Source: Candidatus Spyradenecus sp. (GTDB taxonomy: Bacteria; Verrucomicrobiota; Verrucomicrobiia; Opitutales; UBA953). Taken from it: a DNA stretch of 64,000 bases. The DNA lies in NCBI GenBank assembly GCA_045535075.1, contig JAZSKX010000017.1, positions 160,001 through 224,000 on the forward strand, given 5' to 3'. The translations under genes were made by a program, and so were the position numbers. Of the stretch, positions 30,303 to 38,908 are shown piece after piece (the first letter of the stretch is position 1; every line of letters begins with the position of its first letter). Below the pieces are notes generated by a model. That model was given only the letters and a program-made list of their open reading frames with translations. It had not been told where the DNA came from and ran no database searches.

Positions 30303-32312
30303 TTACCAAAGCGTATCTTCGTCCTCTTCGTTCCATCCGGTTCTGAGGACTTTCTGCGGTGTGGAAATTCCGTCGAAATCGTCGTCGCTTTCGAGAAGCA
30401 CTTTTTCGCGTTCCAACGTCTTTGTTTGTTCAAATGCAGCTAAGAATTTGTCTGCTTCGGCTGTTCTGCTGTCGAGGGCGAGGCGTTCTTTGCGGCGAGC
30501 GTCTCGCTTGGGTTTCGCAAATGCATTTGCTGAACGAATTGCGTCACGGAACGAGCCTTCTGCTATTCCGCACGCTCGCTCAATCGCTGCCTTGTCGTTG
30601 GCATCGAGGCGCTCAATTGCATCGGTCGATTCTCCGATGTAACGTCCTCTGCCGTCGTAAAATAAAACGCCGTGCGCTCCGTTCCACATCGGGTTGAAGA
30701 ACACGAAAACTTCCGTTCCCGGAAGTAGATCTTCCACCGAGCTTTCCCGCCGGATCCTTGCCAAGAATTTATGGTAAATCCCGTAATCGTCCTTGAAGTC
30801 CACGGTCTTGCTCTGCGCGACTTTAACCCGCTTCCAATACTTCCGGCAAATAAACGCCGCCTCCCGGTAATCCGCGACGACCAATTCGCGCCTTCCTCGA
30901 TTAAATACTTCTCTCGGCGACATCTTACGCACCCGATAAAGCGCCGGATCCCCGCAAACCAAAGAGACGACTTCGCGGCTCGTCCCTGCCGTCACCGGGC
31001 GAAAATCGTCCGCCGTGTCCACGCGAAATTCCGCAATCTCGCGCCCGTGCCAATCCTCCAGGTTGTGTTCCGTTCGCGTGTTTACTTGTTCTACGATTTC
31101 GCAGTAACGCGCATTGTACGCATCCCAACCGAGCTCGCCTACGCTGATGCTATCGAGGAGGCCCGGAGGAAGAAATTTTGCCGCCTTTTTGTAGATACGT
31201 TCCCGCGCCTTAACGAGACCCTGAGTGTCCTCCGGAACGCTCCGGTTGTTCCCCGCATAAGCCGGAAGAATTGACGCCGCGTTGTGAATCAGCGAGTGTT
31301 GGCTTTCCAGGGCCGCTTTGTGTTTAAAGTTCCCGCGAGCCTGCCCGGCGAATCCGCCGTCAAACGCGCTCCCGCCCAGCATTGCGCCTCGCTCTACGCG
31401 CACGCGCCCGCCGCTCATACGAAGCAATGCCGCTTCCTGGTCGGCATCAATGGTTGCCGTCCCGTTTTCCACCTTCAACACACACCCGTCTTTGTGGTAA
31501 CCGATAGTCGTCAAAAGCGTCACCAAAAGCAGCGCCATCTCGTGTCCCTGCAACTGCTCGTTCGTCCCGTCTTTGCGCGGCAGGCGCGGACGCACTCCGT
31601 ACAGGACCCGGCACGACGAACTTTCATCAATGCACGCGAACTCAAGCGGACGTACCGGTGCGGCAAATCCTGCCACGCTCGCGTAGTGATCATGCCACAT
31701 GTCGTCGAATTGGTACACCATGCCCGGCGCCGCTGCACGCTTTACGCAAACCGGAGCTTTAAACTCGCGTGCCGCCAATGCTCCGACCTTAACAGCCGTC
31801 GTCTCTGCCTTCGTCGGCAGGTATTTTGACCGAGCCAAATTTTTATAAGTCCAACCGGCAGGAAGATCCGTTCCCGCATCACGTTCCGGACAGCTTGCGT
31901 ATCCGGGAATCGCGGCCGACGAATCGCCTTTGCGCCAGGAATTGTAGCGGCGGACCAATTCATGATGAGCCTGCCGCACGCCGCGCCTTACCCCGAACTG
32001 AAGTACCAGCGTCTTCCAAAATTGAATAAAATTCGCCGGCAGCGGCTCCAGCCCGCAACGATAATTGAGCGTTAACGCACGCCAGCCGTCCACGCGCCAT
32101 GCCGCATAAATCCGCTGGAGGGATTTGGCTGAGATAGCCCGGTCGCCGACTGCCGACAAGCGCTCCGAAAGTTCCTGCCAGTACGCCATTTTCCTGCCCC
32201 CGGCATAGAGTTCCAACGACTGCATGGCCGGTTCCAACAACGCAATCCGTTTCACGTTCACGTCACTGACTTGCAGCCGCACGTCGGCTTCTTCTTCTGT
32301 AAACAATTTCAT
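30303..32312 (-). CDS. MuA-like DDE transposase
   Basis: 669 aa; YQFDDMWHD, VENGTA and KAALES catalytic-like motifs, MSPREVF; upstream of MuB. Confidence 0.85.
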   Translation of the reverse strand: MKLFTEEEADVRLQVSDVNVKRIALLEPAMQSLELYAGGRKMAYWQELSERLSAVGDRAISAKSLQRIYAAWRVDGWRALTLNYRCGLEPLPANFIQFWKTLVLQFGVRRGVRQAHHELVRRYNSWRKGDSSAAIPGYASCPERDAGTDLPAGWTYKNLARSKYLPTKAETTAVKVGALAAREFKAPVCVKRAAAPGMVYQFDDMWHDHYASVAGFAAPVRPLEFACIDESSSCRVLYGVRPRLPRKDGTNEQLQGHEMALLLVTLLTTIGYHKDGCVLKVENGTATIDADQEAALLRMSGGRVRVERGAMLGGSAFDGGFAGQARGNFKHKAALESQHSLIHNAASILPAYAGNNRSVPEDTQGLVKARERIYKKAAKFLPPGLLDSISVGELGWDAYNARYCEIVEQVNTRTEHNLEDWHGREIAEFRVDTADDFRPVTAGTSREVVSLVCGDPALYRVRKMSPREVFNRGRRELVVADYREAAFICRKYWKRVKVAQSKTVDFKDDYGIYHKFLARIRRESSVEDLLPGTEVFVFFNPMWNGAHGVLFYDGRGRYIGESTDAIERLDANDKAAIERACGIAEGSFRDAIRSANAFAKPKRDARRKERLALDSRTAEADKFLAAFEQTKTLEREKVLLESDDDFDGISTPQKVLRTGWNEEDEDTLW

Positions 32313-32314
32313 GA

Positions 32315-32659
32315 TTAGTCCGGACGTATGTCCTCTGTTTGGTTCTTATATTGCTCCATATCGAAGAGGGTTGGAGTGTTGTCGAATTGCTCAAAAACAA
32401 GTCCGTCCTCCTGGCGCTCGATGCAGGCTCGATAATAGTCGTCGATGTAAACCCGGTGATGGTTGCGGCGAGCAGACCCTTTCCCGAAGCGCGACGATAC
32501 GTTGAACACACGCATCCGCTTTTTCTCCAAAATATGGAACACCTGGGCCCGCGCCACGCCCCACTTCTCGGCAACGGCACTCACCGTCACCATGGTCACG
32601 CCTACCGGAAAACGCAGGCGCTCCCAAACCCGCTCCCGCAATTCGTTTAAATTTTCCAT
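32315..32659 (-). CDS. Putative HTH DNA-binding protein
   Basis: VTVSAVAEKWGVARAQVFHIL excisionase/HTH-like segment. Confidence 0.6.
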   Translation of the reverse strand: MENLNELRERVWERLRFPVGVTMVTVSAVAEKWGVARAQVFHILEKKRMRVFNVSSRFGKGSARRNHHRVYIDDYYRACIERQEDGLVFEQFDNTPTLFDMEQYKNQTEDIRPD

Positions 32660-32689
32660 ATATTTGCCTTTCGTTCGTTGTTAATTCGA

Positions 32690-32914
32690 TTACAGATCCC
32701 TAAAGATTCCCCGGTTCTCCGCCCGCAAACGCAGTTGCCTCCAGTAGTCCTCGCGACCGTAGTCCACTTCGCTTTCGCAGAGACCGGCGATACCCATGCA
32801 CCAATAAAAATCTTTCCGGTCGCGGTCGATTCGGAGGAATTCGCTCCGCAAAAACGCATCGTCCGGTTCCCGTTCCCATGCCCAGCTCATCTCTACAATT
32901 TCAACGTCCTGCAT
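32690..32914 (-). CDS. Hypothetical phage protein
   Basis: Packed in the early operon. Confidence 0.6.
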   Translation of the reverse strand: MQDVEIVEMSWAWEREPDDAFLRSEFLRIDRDRKDFYWCMGIAGLCESEVDYGREDYWRQLRLRAENRGIFRDL

Positions 32915-32917
32915 GAT

Positions 32918-33103
32918 TCAGCTTCCCCGCTTCGCCAGGCTTCCGCAGCCGAGTCGCACGCGAAGCTCCTCCGCCGAGAGATAAATCAAGTCCCCGTTAA
33001 GCTTGCGGAAGACGACTTCGCCCATCTTCCAGCGCACCTGCACCACGCGCAACTCGCCCAGCGTGCCGTCCATCCAGCATTGCCCTCGCGCAAAATGCCT
33101 CAT
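32918..33103 (-). CDS. Hypothetical phage protein
   Basis: ATGA overlap with the upstream ORF; RBS GGAGGTG. Confidence 0.6.
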   Translation of the reverse strand: MRHFARGQCWMDGTLGELRVVQVRWKMGEVVFRKLNGDLIYLSAEELRVRLGCGSLAKRGS

Positions 33104-33336
33104 CGCACACCTCCCGTCGCCGCCGACTCAACATCCGCCAAAATCGCGTCCAGCTCGGCGCCGATACGCGTCATGCGTTCGTCCATCGCCTCAAGCTCTT
33201 CCCGCATCGCGGCAAAGTCCGCCTGTACGCCGTCGAGTATCACACACAAGGCGACACCCCAAAATTCAATCGCCACCGCGCAAAAAATCAGCCACACGGC
33301 AGGATCGTGAATCCATTTCAAAAGTTTCGTTTTCAT
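33100..33336 (-). CDS. Hypothetical phage membrane/coiled-coil protein
   Basis: TM helix followed by a coiled coil. Confidence 0.6.
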   Translation of the reverse strand: MKTKLLKWIHDPAVWLIFCAVAIEFWGVALCVILDGVQADFAAMREELEAMDERMTRIGAELDAILADVESAATGGVR

Positions 33337-33355
33337 AGGTAAAATGCTTACGGAG

Positions 33356-33586
33356 TTATGGCATTTGCGAGGGAATGCGCTTCTTGCCCGAGGCCGGAAG
33401 CTTTCTTACCGCGTAGCGCTTACGCGGACGACGCGGCGTCAAATCGCCTAAGCCGGGGACATGGCGGCTGATGATTGCCCGCAAAAAATCCGATACCGTC
33501 ATGCCGCCGCGGTCTGCCGCCTTGCGGATTTTCTCGCCCTGTGTGCGCGGGATGACCAATCCCACCGTGATGTTCGTGTTGCCCAT
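33356..33586 (-). CDS. Ribbon-helix-helix DNA-binding protein
   Basis: ITVGLVIP strand plus EKIRKAADRGGMTVSDFLRAII (CopG/Arc pattern). Confidence 0.7.
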   Translation of the reverse strand: MGNTNITVGLVIPRTQGEKIRKAADRGGMTVSDFLRAIISRHVPGLGDLTPRRPRKRYAVRKLPASGKKRIPSQMP

Positions 33587-33606
33587 TTGCTTGCTTCTCT
33601 TGAGTG

Positions 33607-34449
33607 TTAATCTTTCAGCAGCGCCAGCTTCGCTTCCGCCGCTCGTACCTTCGCCGCCAATGCATTGCGGTAATCCGTCCAAAGCTTCCGCAGGACCCCC
33701 TGCGGCGCCACGCCGCTCGCGGCTTCCAAGCGCTCAAAGCTTCGGGAGATCTCCGCCTTCGTCGCCCGAAGCTCCAGCGGCAGGTTCATCTGTTTCCACA
33801 CAGCGTCGTCGCTCCCGGCGCTGTCCGGCTCGCCCTCCGTCAGCTCTGCATGCGCCGCATCCGCCTCCGCCTTCAACACGCCGCGCTTCTGCTCCGCCAC
33901 CTCTTCGTTTTCCGCATCGGCTTCCACCCGACGCAAGTCCCGAATCAGCTGGCTTATCGAACGCCCCGCGACCCACGTCCTCAGCGTCAGGCCGCCTTTC
34001 CCGCCGCTCGCCACGCCAAGCAAGGTGCCTTCCGCATCAAACCCCTCCGTGCCCTGCAGGCATTTGGCAAGCTCCCCGCTCTGGGGATGCAAGGGCTCCG
34101 TCGCCGCTTGCAAATAGCGCCGACCCAGCCAACGGTAACGACGCATGTTCCGCTCACTTCCCGCCCCGAAAACACGCGAACAATACGACGGAAATGACTC
34201 TGCGTTAAAACCTTGGACACGCGTGTCCAAGGTTTTTGTGGATGGCCGCCCTCCGACGTTCTCGGCGCAAATTGCCGCGAATTTTGCCTCCAGCATCAGC
34301 CCGAGGCGGACGGCTTCGGTGACAAAGTCCGCCTGCTTGGTTGCTACGCGTTCGGCCTGGTCCGCAAGCATCTCGTCCTGCAGCTTCCTGCCGATTTTTT
34401 CAAGTTTCGCCGCGATGTCCTCGCGGTAGATGTCTGTTACGATTTCCAT
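33607..34449 (-). CDS. Hypothetical phage protein (DUF3102-like region)
   Basis: AVRLGLML...SERNMRRYRWL pattern typical of Mu-like early proteins. Confidence 0.6.
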   Translation of the reverse strand: MEIVTDIYREDIAAKLEKIGRKLQDEMLADQAERVATKQADFVTEAVRLGLMLEAKFAAICAENVGGRPSTKTLDTRVQGFNAESFPSYCSRVFGAGSERNMRRYRWLGRRYLQAATEPLHPQSGELAKCLQGTEGFDAEGTLLGVASGGKGGLTLRTWVAGRSISQLIRDLRRVEADAENEEVAEQKRGVLKAEADAAHAELTEGEPDSAGSDDAVWKQMNLPLELRATKAEISRSFERLEAASGVAPQGVLRKLWTDYRNALAAKVRAAEAKLALLKD

Positions 34450-34455
34450 AAAAGA

Positions 34456-34644
34456 TTAAAGAGCCTGGGGGGCGCTTTGCTTGCGCCGGCGGCGCCGGCA
34501 ACGCTCTAAAAGGCACTCCGCCAAGGCACGTTCGTGGCGATTGTCGGTCTTGCCTTCCAAAAACACCGCGACCCACAAATCGTTCGTCCGCCCTGCCAGC
34601 TCCTCGTCGCTCATGCCCGCAATGTCCGATGTTTTCATGCCCAT
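34456..34644 (-). CDS. Hypothetical phage protein
   Basis: Packed ORF in the early operon. Confidence 0.55.
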   Translation of the reverse strand: MGMKTSDIAGMSDEELAGRTNDLWVAVFLEGKTDNRHERALAECLLERCRRRRRKQSAPQAL

Positions 34645-34922
34645 GGTTCGCAGATTTCGACGAAGAGGATGTAGCCCCGTTTCCGCCGTAAGCCTCTGCC
34701 GTCGTGATCAACGTCGTCTCTCATCCAGTCGCCGAGGACGACGGCGTTGTCAAAAAGCGCTTCCCGTTCCGCTGTCTTGAGCGTTTTGAGCGCTTCGCGG
34801 AAAAGCCGCGTCGAGGCATCGTCCGCCGGAAGCGGCGTCTGCTTGCCCTTTTCCGCTTTTTTCGTCGGGAAAAATCCGTCCCGGTGAATCGTAGCATGCT
34901 GTTTCTTTAGTTCGTTTTTCAT
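34635..34922 (-). CDS. Hypothetical protein, first gene of the early operon
   Basis: ATG at 34922, next to the divergent control region. Confidence 0.6.
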   Translation of the reverse strand: MKNELKKQHATIHRDGFFPTKKAEKGKQTPLPADDASTRLFREALKTLKTAEREALFDNAVVLGDWMRDDVDHDGRGLRRKRGYILFVEICEPWA

Positions 34923-35056
34923 AATCAACTTCGGTTAAACCATGTTTAACTAAAAAAGAACAACATCGGTTTACCAAAGTCAAGAGGTTTTCAAAAAAAA
35001 TTTAATTAGTTTTGAAAAACTTTGCGTTCTCTGTGGCTCTGCGAGAGAATATTTTT
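34923..35056. promoter_or_regulatory. Divergent control region (putative lysis/lysogeny switch)
   Basis: AT-rich; leftward -35 TTGACT at 34983-34978; repeats TCGGTTAAACCA (34931) and TCGGTTTACCA (34966); TTTTCAAAA/TTTTGAAAA inverted repeat. Confidence 0.65.
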
Positions 35057-35404
35057 ATGAACTTCAAGGTTGTTGGATTTAAGATGCCTCAAGAGCTAAG
35101 TGACCGCATAGATGAATGCGTCGCGCATCTTGGAGTTCAGCGAACTGCGTGGGTTCGTGAAGTGCTCGCTGACGCGTTAAAAAAAGCGGGATTTCCAATT
35201 GATCCTGCGATTCTTAAGCCCAACCAAGGTGCACGGAATGATCTTCCGAATCGGATTACGGAGGCGGAGAAGCGGGCTTCTCGGGGTCGGGTTAGGCGTG
35301 CGAAGAAAGAGGTTTCCCGGCTTGCTTTAGCTTTGGGCAAATCGCGTACGCGTGCGGAGGCGCGTTCCCTCGCCGATAAGGCTGTAAAACCGGGAGAAGA
35401 TTAA
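35057..35404 (+). CDS. Ribbon-helix-helix regulator at the repressor position
   Basis: KVVGFKMPQELSDRIDECVAHLGVQRTAWVREVL RHH pattern; divergent from the early operon. Confidence 0.7.
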   Translation: MNFKVVGFKMPQELSDRIDECVAHLGVQRTAWVREVLADALKKAGFPIDPAILKPNQGARNDLPNRITEAEKRASRGRVRRAKKEVSRLALALGKSRTRAEARSLADKAVKPGED

Positions 35405-36103
35405 TTTTTATGGATACTGAAATTACCTCTTCTTATTTAGTGTTAGCGGCGTGGTCGCGTACGCTTAATACTTATCTGTCAAAATATGGTCTGGAAAGTT
35501 TTTGTATTGTTTTTCCGGGAATAAACTCGAAGGTTTGCGTGCTTCTGCGCGATGTAAAACCTTTTAGTGACGCGGCTCGATATAGAGTACAAGATTTTGT
35601 ACACGATCCGCTTTCCTCTTGGGAGAAAGTGGATGTTGATAAGAACGGGAACGATATTCTTCTTGCCATGTTTGATCCTTTACGAATTGAGGCCCGTGTG
35701 AGCAGCGCAATAGAAACGTCTTTGAAAAATGATGCTTTAAGAGCTGAAATTGAGCAACCAAGGGATCCGTGCATTCTTTGTGGAGTAAGCACGTCTCTTT
35801 TCTATAGATCTTCTTCGCAAGGATTCTCTTCTGTACATGGTATTGAACGCTATGAAGGAGTGACGGATTCTGGCAAAGAATGGGTTGTTCGCAGCTACGG
35901 AGAGCGAGTATTCGACGACAAAAAACTCACTGAGGCTGAAGCGGTTTACCGCTATCCCGGAAATAATTTTGGTCCGACATGGCAGCAGTGGAAATCTTGA
36001 GTGCAAAATCACCGAAAAAGCTTGCCGTTCCCCGGCTTGCTTTGGCTTTGGGCAAATCGCGTACGCGTGCGGAGGCGCGTTCCCTCGCCGACAAGGCCGT
36101 CAA
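35316..36103 (+). repeat. 73-bp direct repeat (35316-35388 and 36031-36103)
   Basis: Four mismatches, all synonymous in the regulator's reading frame. Confidence 0.9.
35410..36000 (+). CDS. Hypothetical accessory (moron) protein
   Basis: 196-aa lower-GC ORF between the two repeat copies. Confidence 0.7.
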   Translation: MDTEITSSYLVLAAWSRTLNTYLSKYGLESFCIVFPGINSKVCVLLRDVKPFSDAARYRVQDFVHDPLSSWEKVDVDKNGNDILLAMFDPLRIEARVSSAIETSLKNDALRAEIEQPRDPCILCGVSTSLFYRSSSQGFSSVHGIERYEGVTDSGKEWVVRSYGERVFDDKKLTEAEAVYRYPGNNFGPTWQQWKS

Positions 36104-36187
36104 CCCGCACCCCCAAAAATAAAAAACACCTCGCCTCTGCTTTTTTTATGCGTTTTATTTAACTTAAATTTTCTCCCCTCATTCCTG

Positions 36188-36397
36188 ATGCGCACAACCA
36201 AACACACTTCAATTAAAAGGAGTCGAAAGAAAACTCAGGCTCGAACTCGAGAAGAGCTGAGTATTGTCGAACTCGTTGAAACTCCGCTTCTTGATCGCAT
36301 TATGCGCATTGTAGAAGAGGAACGTCGTCGAGAACAAGCAGAGGGAATCAACAATGCCATCTACCGAGCCTTCGAACATTCCGTCACAGCGATTTGA
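36188..36397 (+). CDS. Small basic/helical protein upstream of the protease
   Basis: 69-aa ATG ORF overlapping the protease start. Confidence 0.45.
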   Translation: MRTTKHTSIKRSRKKTQARTREELSIVELVETPLLDRIMRIVEEERRREQAEGINNAIYRAFEHSVTAI

Positions 36398-37316
36398 CCA
36401 ATCCTTCTTTTCGGACATAATTAACAATGTTCGAGCAGATGCCGCTCGCATAGAAGTTGATTTGTTGAAGAGAATGCTGAATTCATTAAGCGAGAAGTTT
36501 GGTGTAGACGTTCTCTTGTATGCGGCTCCTTACGTTTCCGGTTCCCCCGTTCAAGAATCGGACGGGCGTGCATCCGTAAACGACTGGGATGTTCCCGCGT
36601 TGGCATCTGCCATGAAAGGGATGGGGACTCGTGACTTGTTTTTTATCGTCCACAGCCCGGGAGGAGACCCGAACGCAGCGGCGCAGTTTATGGAATATCT
36701 TCACCGGAAATATTCCGGAAAAAAGATTACGGCAATCGTTCCGCATAAGGCAATGTCCGCCGCGACGATGATGTGTATGGGGTGCGATGAAATTATCATG
36801 TCGAAGTTGGCTTCTCTTGGTCCGATTGATCCGCAATTCAATGGGCTTCCGGCGAGTGCGATTCTTCGGGAGTTGGAAGAAGCTCGGGAAGATGTGGATA
36901 AACATCCGGAACGTGCCGCACTTTGGGCCCCGCGTGTTTTAAAATTACCGCCCGGATTTTATTCCATTTGTCGCGATGCGATGAAATATACGGAAGAGCT
37001 CGTCTCGGAGTGGCTGAAAAAACGCATGTTCGGCAAAGAAAAGAGTCGGGCAAACGCCGGGAAAAAAGCCAAAGATTTGGCAAAATGGCTCGCGGATTGC
37101 CTTAAGCACAAGCAACATGCGCGTCCGCTTACGATTGAGATTTTGAGAAAAAGAGGGATTGAAATTAAAGAGCTTGAATCGGACGACAATCTTCAGAATT
37201 TGGTGATGGGCGTTTTTCATGCTTTTCGCGCGGTATTCCAATTTTGCCCTTGTTCGAAAATTGTCTTGAATCAATCCGGCGAAGGTGAATTTTACCGAAC
37301 CGAACGCTTGAAGTAG
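36354..37316 (+). CDS. SDH-family Clp-fold (ClpP-class) serine protease
   Basis: HSPGG, VPHKAMSAATM (catalytic Ser), SLGPIDPQ and HARPL motifs. Confidence 0.88.
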   Translation: MPSTEPSNIPSQRFDQSFFSDIINNVRADAARIEVDLLKRMLNSLSEKFGVDVLLYAAPYVSGSPVQESDGRASVNDWDVPALASAMKGMGTRDLFFIVHSPGGDPNAAAQFMEYLHRKYSGKKITAIVPHKAMSAATMMCMGCDEIIMSKLASLGPIDPQFNGLPASAILRELEEAREDVDKHPERAALWAPRVLKLPPGFYSICRDAMKYTEELVSEWLKKRMFGKEKSRANAGKKAKDLAKWLADCLKHKQHARPLTIEILRKRGIEIKELESDDNLQNLVMGVFHAFRAVFQFCPCSKIVLNQSGEGEFYRTERLK

Positions 37317-37362
37317 GAGCCAATCTATTGCTACAACTCTTGAAAGAAAAGGTGTTTTTATT

Positions 37363-37638
37363 ATGACGGTAGCTGAAAAGAATAATCTTGTTGAGTTGTT
37401 TACAACAAAATTTAAGACGGGGGGGGCATGGAATCTTAAATGCCCTATGTGTGGCTGTCCCAAATTTACACTTGTTGATGGTTATATTCTTTTCGCGCCT
37501 CAAGATTCTCCGAAAAATTTAGTTATAGGCGGAAAAACGATGCCTACGATAGGGATGATATGTGACAATTGTGGGTTTCTGTCTTCTCACGTGTTAGGAG
37601 TTCTTAAAAAAGATTGGAACAAGACTGAGAATGAGTGA
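37363..37638 (+). CDS. Small Zn-finger protein
   Basis: CPMC...CDNC. Confidence 0.75.
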   Translation: MTVAEKNNLVELFTTKFKTGGAWNLKCPMCGCPKFTLVDGYILFAPQDSPKNLVIGGKTMPTIGMICDNCGFLSSHVLGVLKKDWNKTENE

Positions 37639-38005
37639 AGAAAACGGACTTTCCACAGAGTCTAATCAAGAAGCAACAAACACACCAAAATCCACCCTGA
37701 CATCAGGGAAGTCTGGCGACGGCTCGCTTTACGGTCAAGAAATTCACGATTGGAGAAAAGCCTACTTGAATCGTTTTTGGTGGTTTCTTTGTGCGTGGAG
37801 TATAGTGTCGCTTGTGTTTGTCGGATTAGCAGCTTTGAGCCCTGTTACAGATTCTTGGGGCATAGGACCTGTACGGCTGTACACGAAGTCTTTTTCATTT
37901 GAAATTTCAGATTCTGTGGCAATCGCATTGCTCACAACTTCTCTCGGTCATGCCGTTGGGCTTATGATTGTTGCTGCAAGATGGCTGTTTCCGAAAAGGG
38001 ATTAA
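37631..38005 (+). CDS. Two-TM membrane protein
   Basis: Two hydrophobic helices; overlaps the upstream ORF. Confidence 0.75.
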   Translation: MSEENGLSTESNQEATNTPKSTLTSGKSGDGSLYGQEIHDWRKAYLNRFWWFLCAWSIVSLVFVGLAALSPVTDSWGIGPVRLYTKSFSFEISDSVAIALLTTSLGHAVGLMIVAARWLFPKRD

Positions 38006-38407
38006 TCTCGCTACCAAAGATAGATCTCCAGGCTCCGTCTACGCTTCTTTTTTGTTTTTTGGGAACTGCTCGTTTCGATTGGGTAGAACCACCATAATCG
38101 CACAAGTGATTATGGTGCTTTTGTTTTATGAAGAGACCTCTCTGAAATAACTAAACCTGAAGTCCTTTAATCTCTAAGACGCGCCTTTTCTGCTTCCGGG
38201 GCGCACAATTCGTCATCAGCCATCCGTTTTTCCGTCACCCAAGCTACGCAACCTTTGTCTCAATCTGCCGTTTCCGATAAACTGTCCGCATCGTGAATGC
38301 GAGTACGCGATGTGGGATGTTTTCATAGTGCAAACGATAGAGTTAGACGCCGGTGCGGCGGCGTTAGCGGAAAATACACTCGGTTTTTCGCTCCGCACAT
38401 TCCTTTT

Positions 38408-38908
38408 ATGACGAAAAAACTAATGACTTGGATGGCGCTTCCGGCGATGCTGTTTTTGGCAGCGTGCTCGGCAACGGATTGGCTCGGAGTAACCCACAAG
38501 ATGTCCGTGACGGATCCGGAGACGGGGGCGGTGACGGAGACTCGGGAGTTGAGCGACGAGACGGTTGCCGTTGTGGGCGGAACACTGGAAGCGGGAGCGA
38601 GTTCGGGCGGTTTGCTCGGAATCCTTTCTTCGGCGGGTTTAGCGCTTTGGGGCATTTACCAAAACCGCAAGGCAAGCAGCGCCAAAAAGGTGGCGGCATC
38701 GATTGCGACGGGTGTCTCGGACGTGCTCAACAAGATTGCGGAGGCGGAGGCTTCCGGCACGGATCTAAAGGTCACGAAAGAGGATGCCCTGGAGCTTTTG
38801 AAAGCGGCGCAAAACAATGCGGGGACGCGTGATGCCGTGAGAAAGCTTTTGGCAAAACAGGGCCTCTCCGAAAGCCTCGTGGATAAAATCATTGCTGCGT
38901 TTTGCTGA
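38408..38908 (+). CDS. Lipoprotein with an internal TM segment (possible lysis protein)
   Basis: Lipobox LAAC; second hydrophobic segment; first late gene. Confidence 0.65.
   Translation: MTKKLMTWMALPAMLFLAACSATDWLGVTHKMSVTDPETGAVTETRELSDETVAVVGGTLEAGASSGGLLGILSSAGLALWGIYQNRKASSAKKVAASIATGVSDVLNKIAEAEASGTDLKVTKEDALELLKAAQNNAGTRDAVRKLLAKQGLSESLVDKIIAAFC

Noticed and set aside
35316..36103. 73-bp repeat pair as a diversity-generating retroelement TR/VR
   Set aside because: Mismatches are not adenine-specific and are all synonymous; no reverse transcriptase in the window
38006..38407. ncRNA or gene in the 400-bp gap before the late operon
   Set aside because: Only weak hairpins and unconvincing ORFs; probably the late promoter region, and nothing specific can be supported
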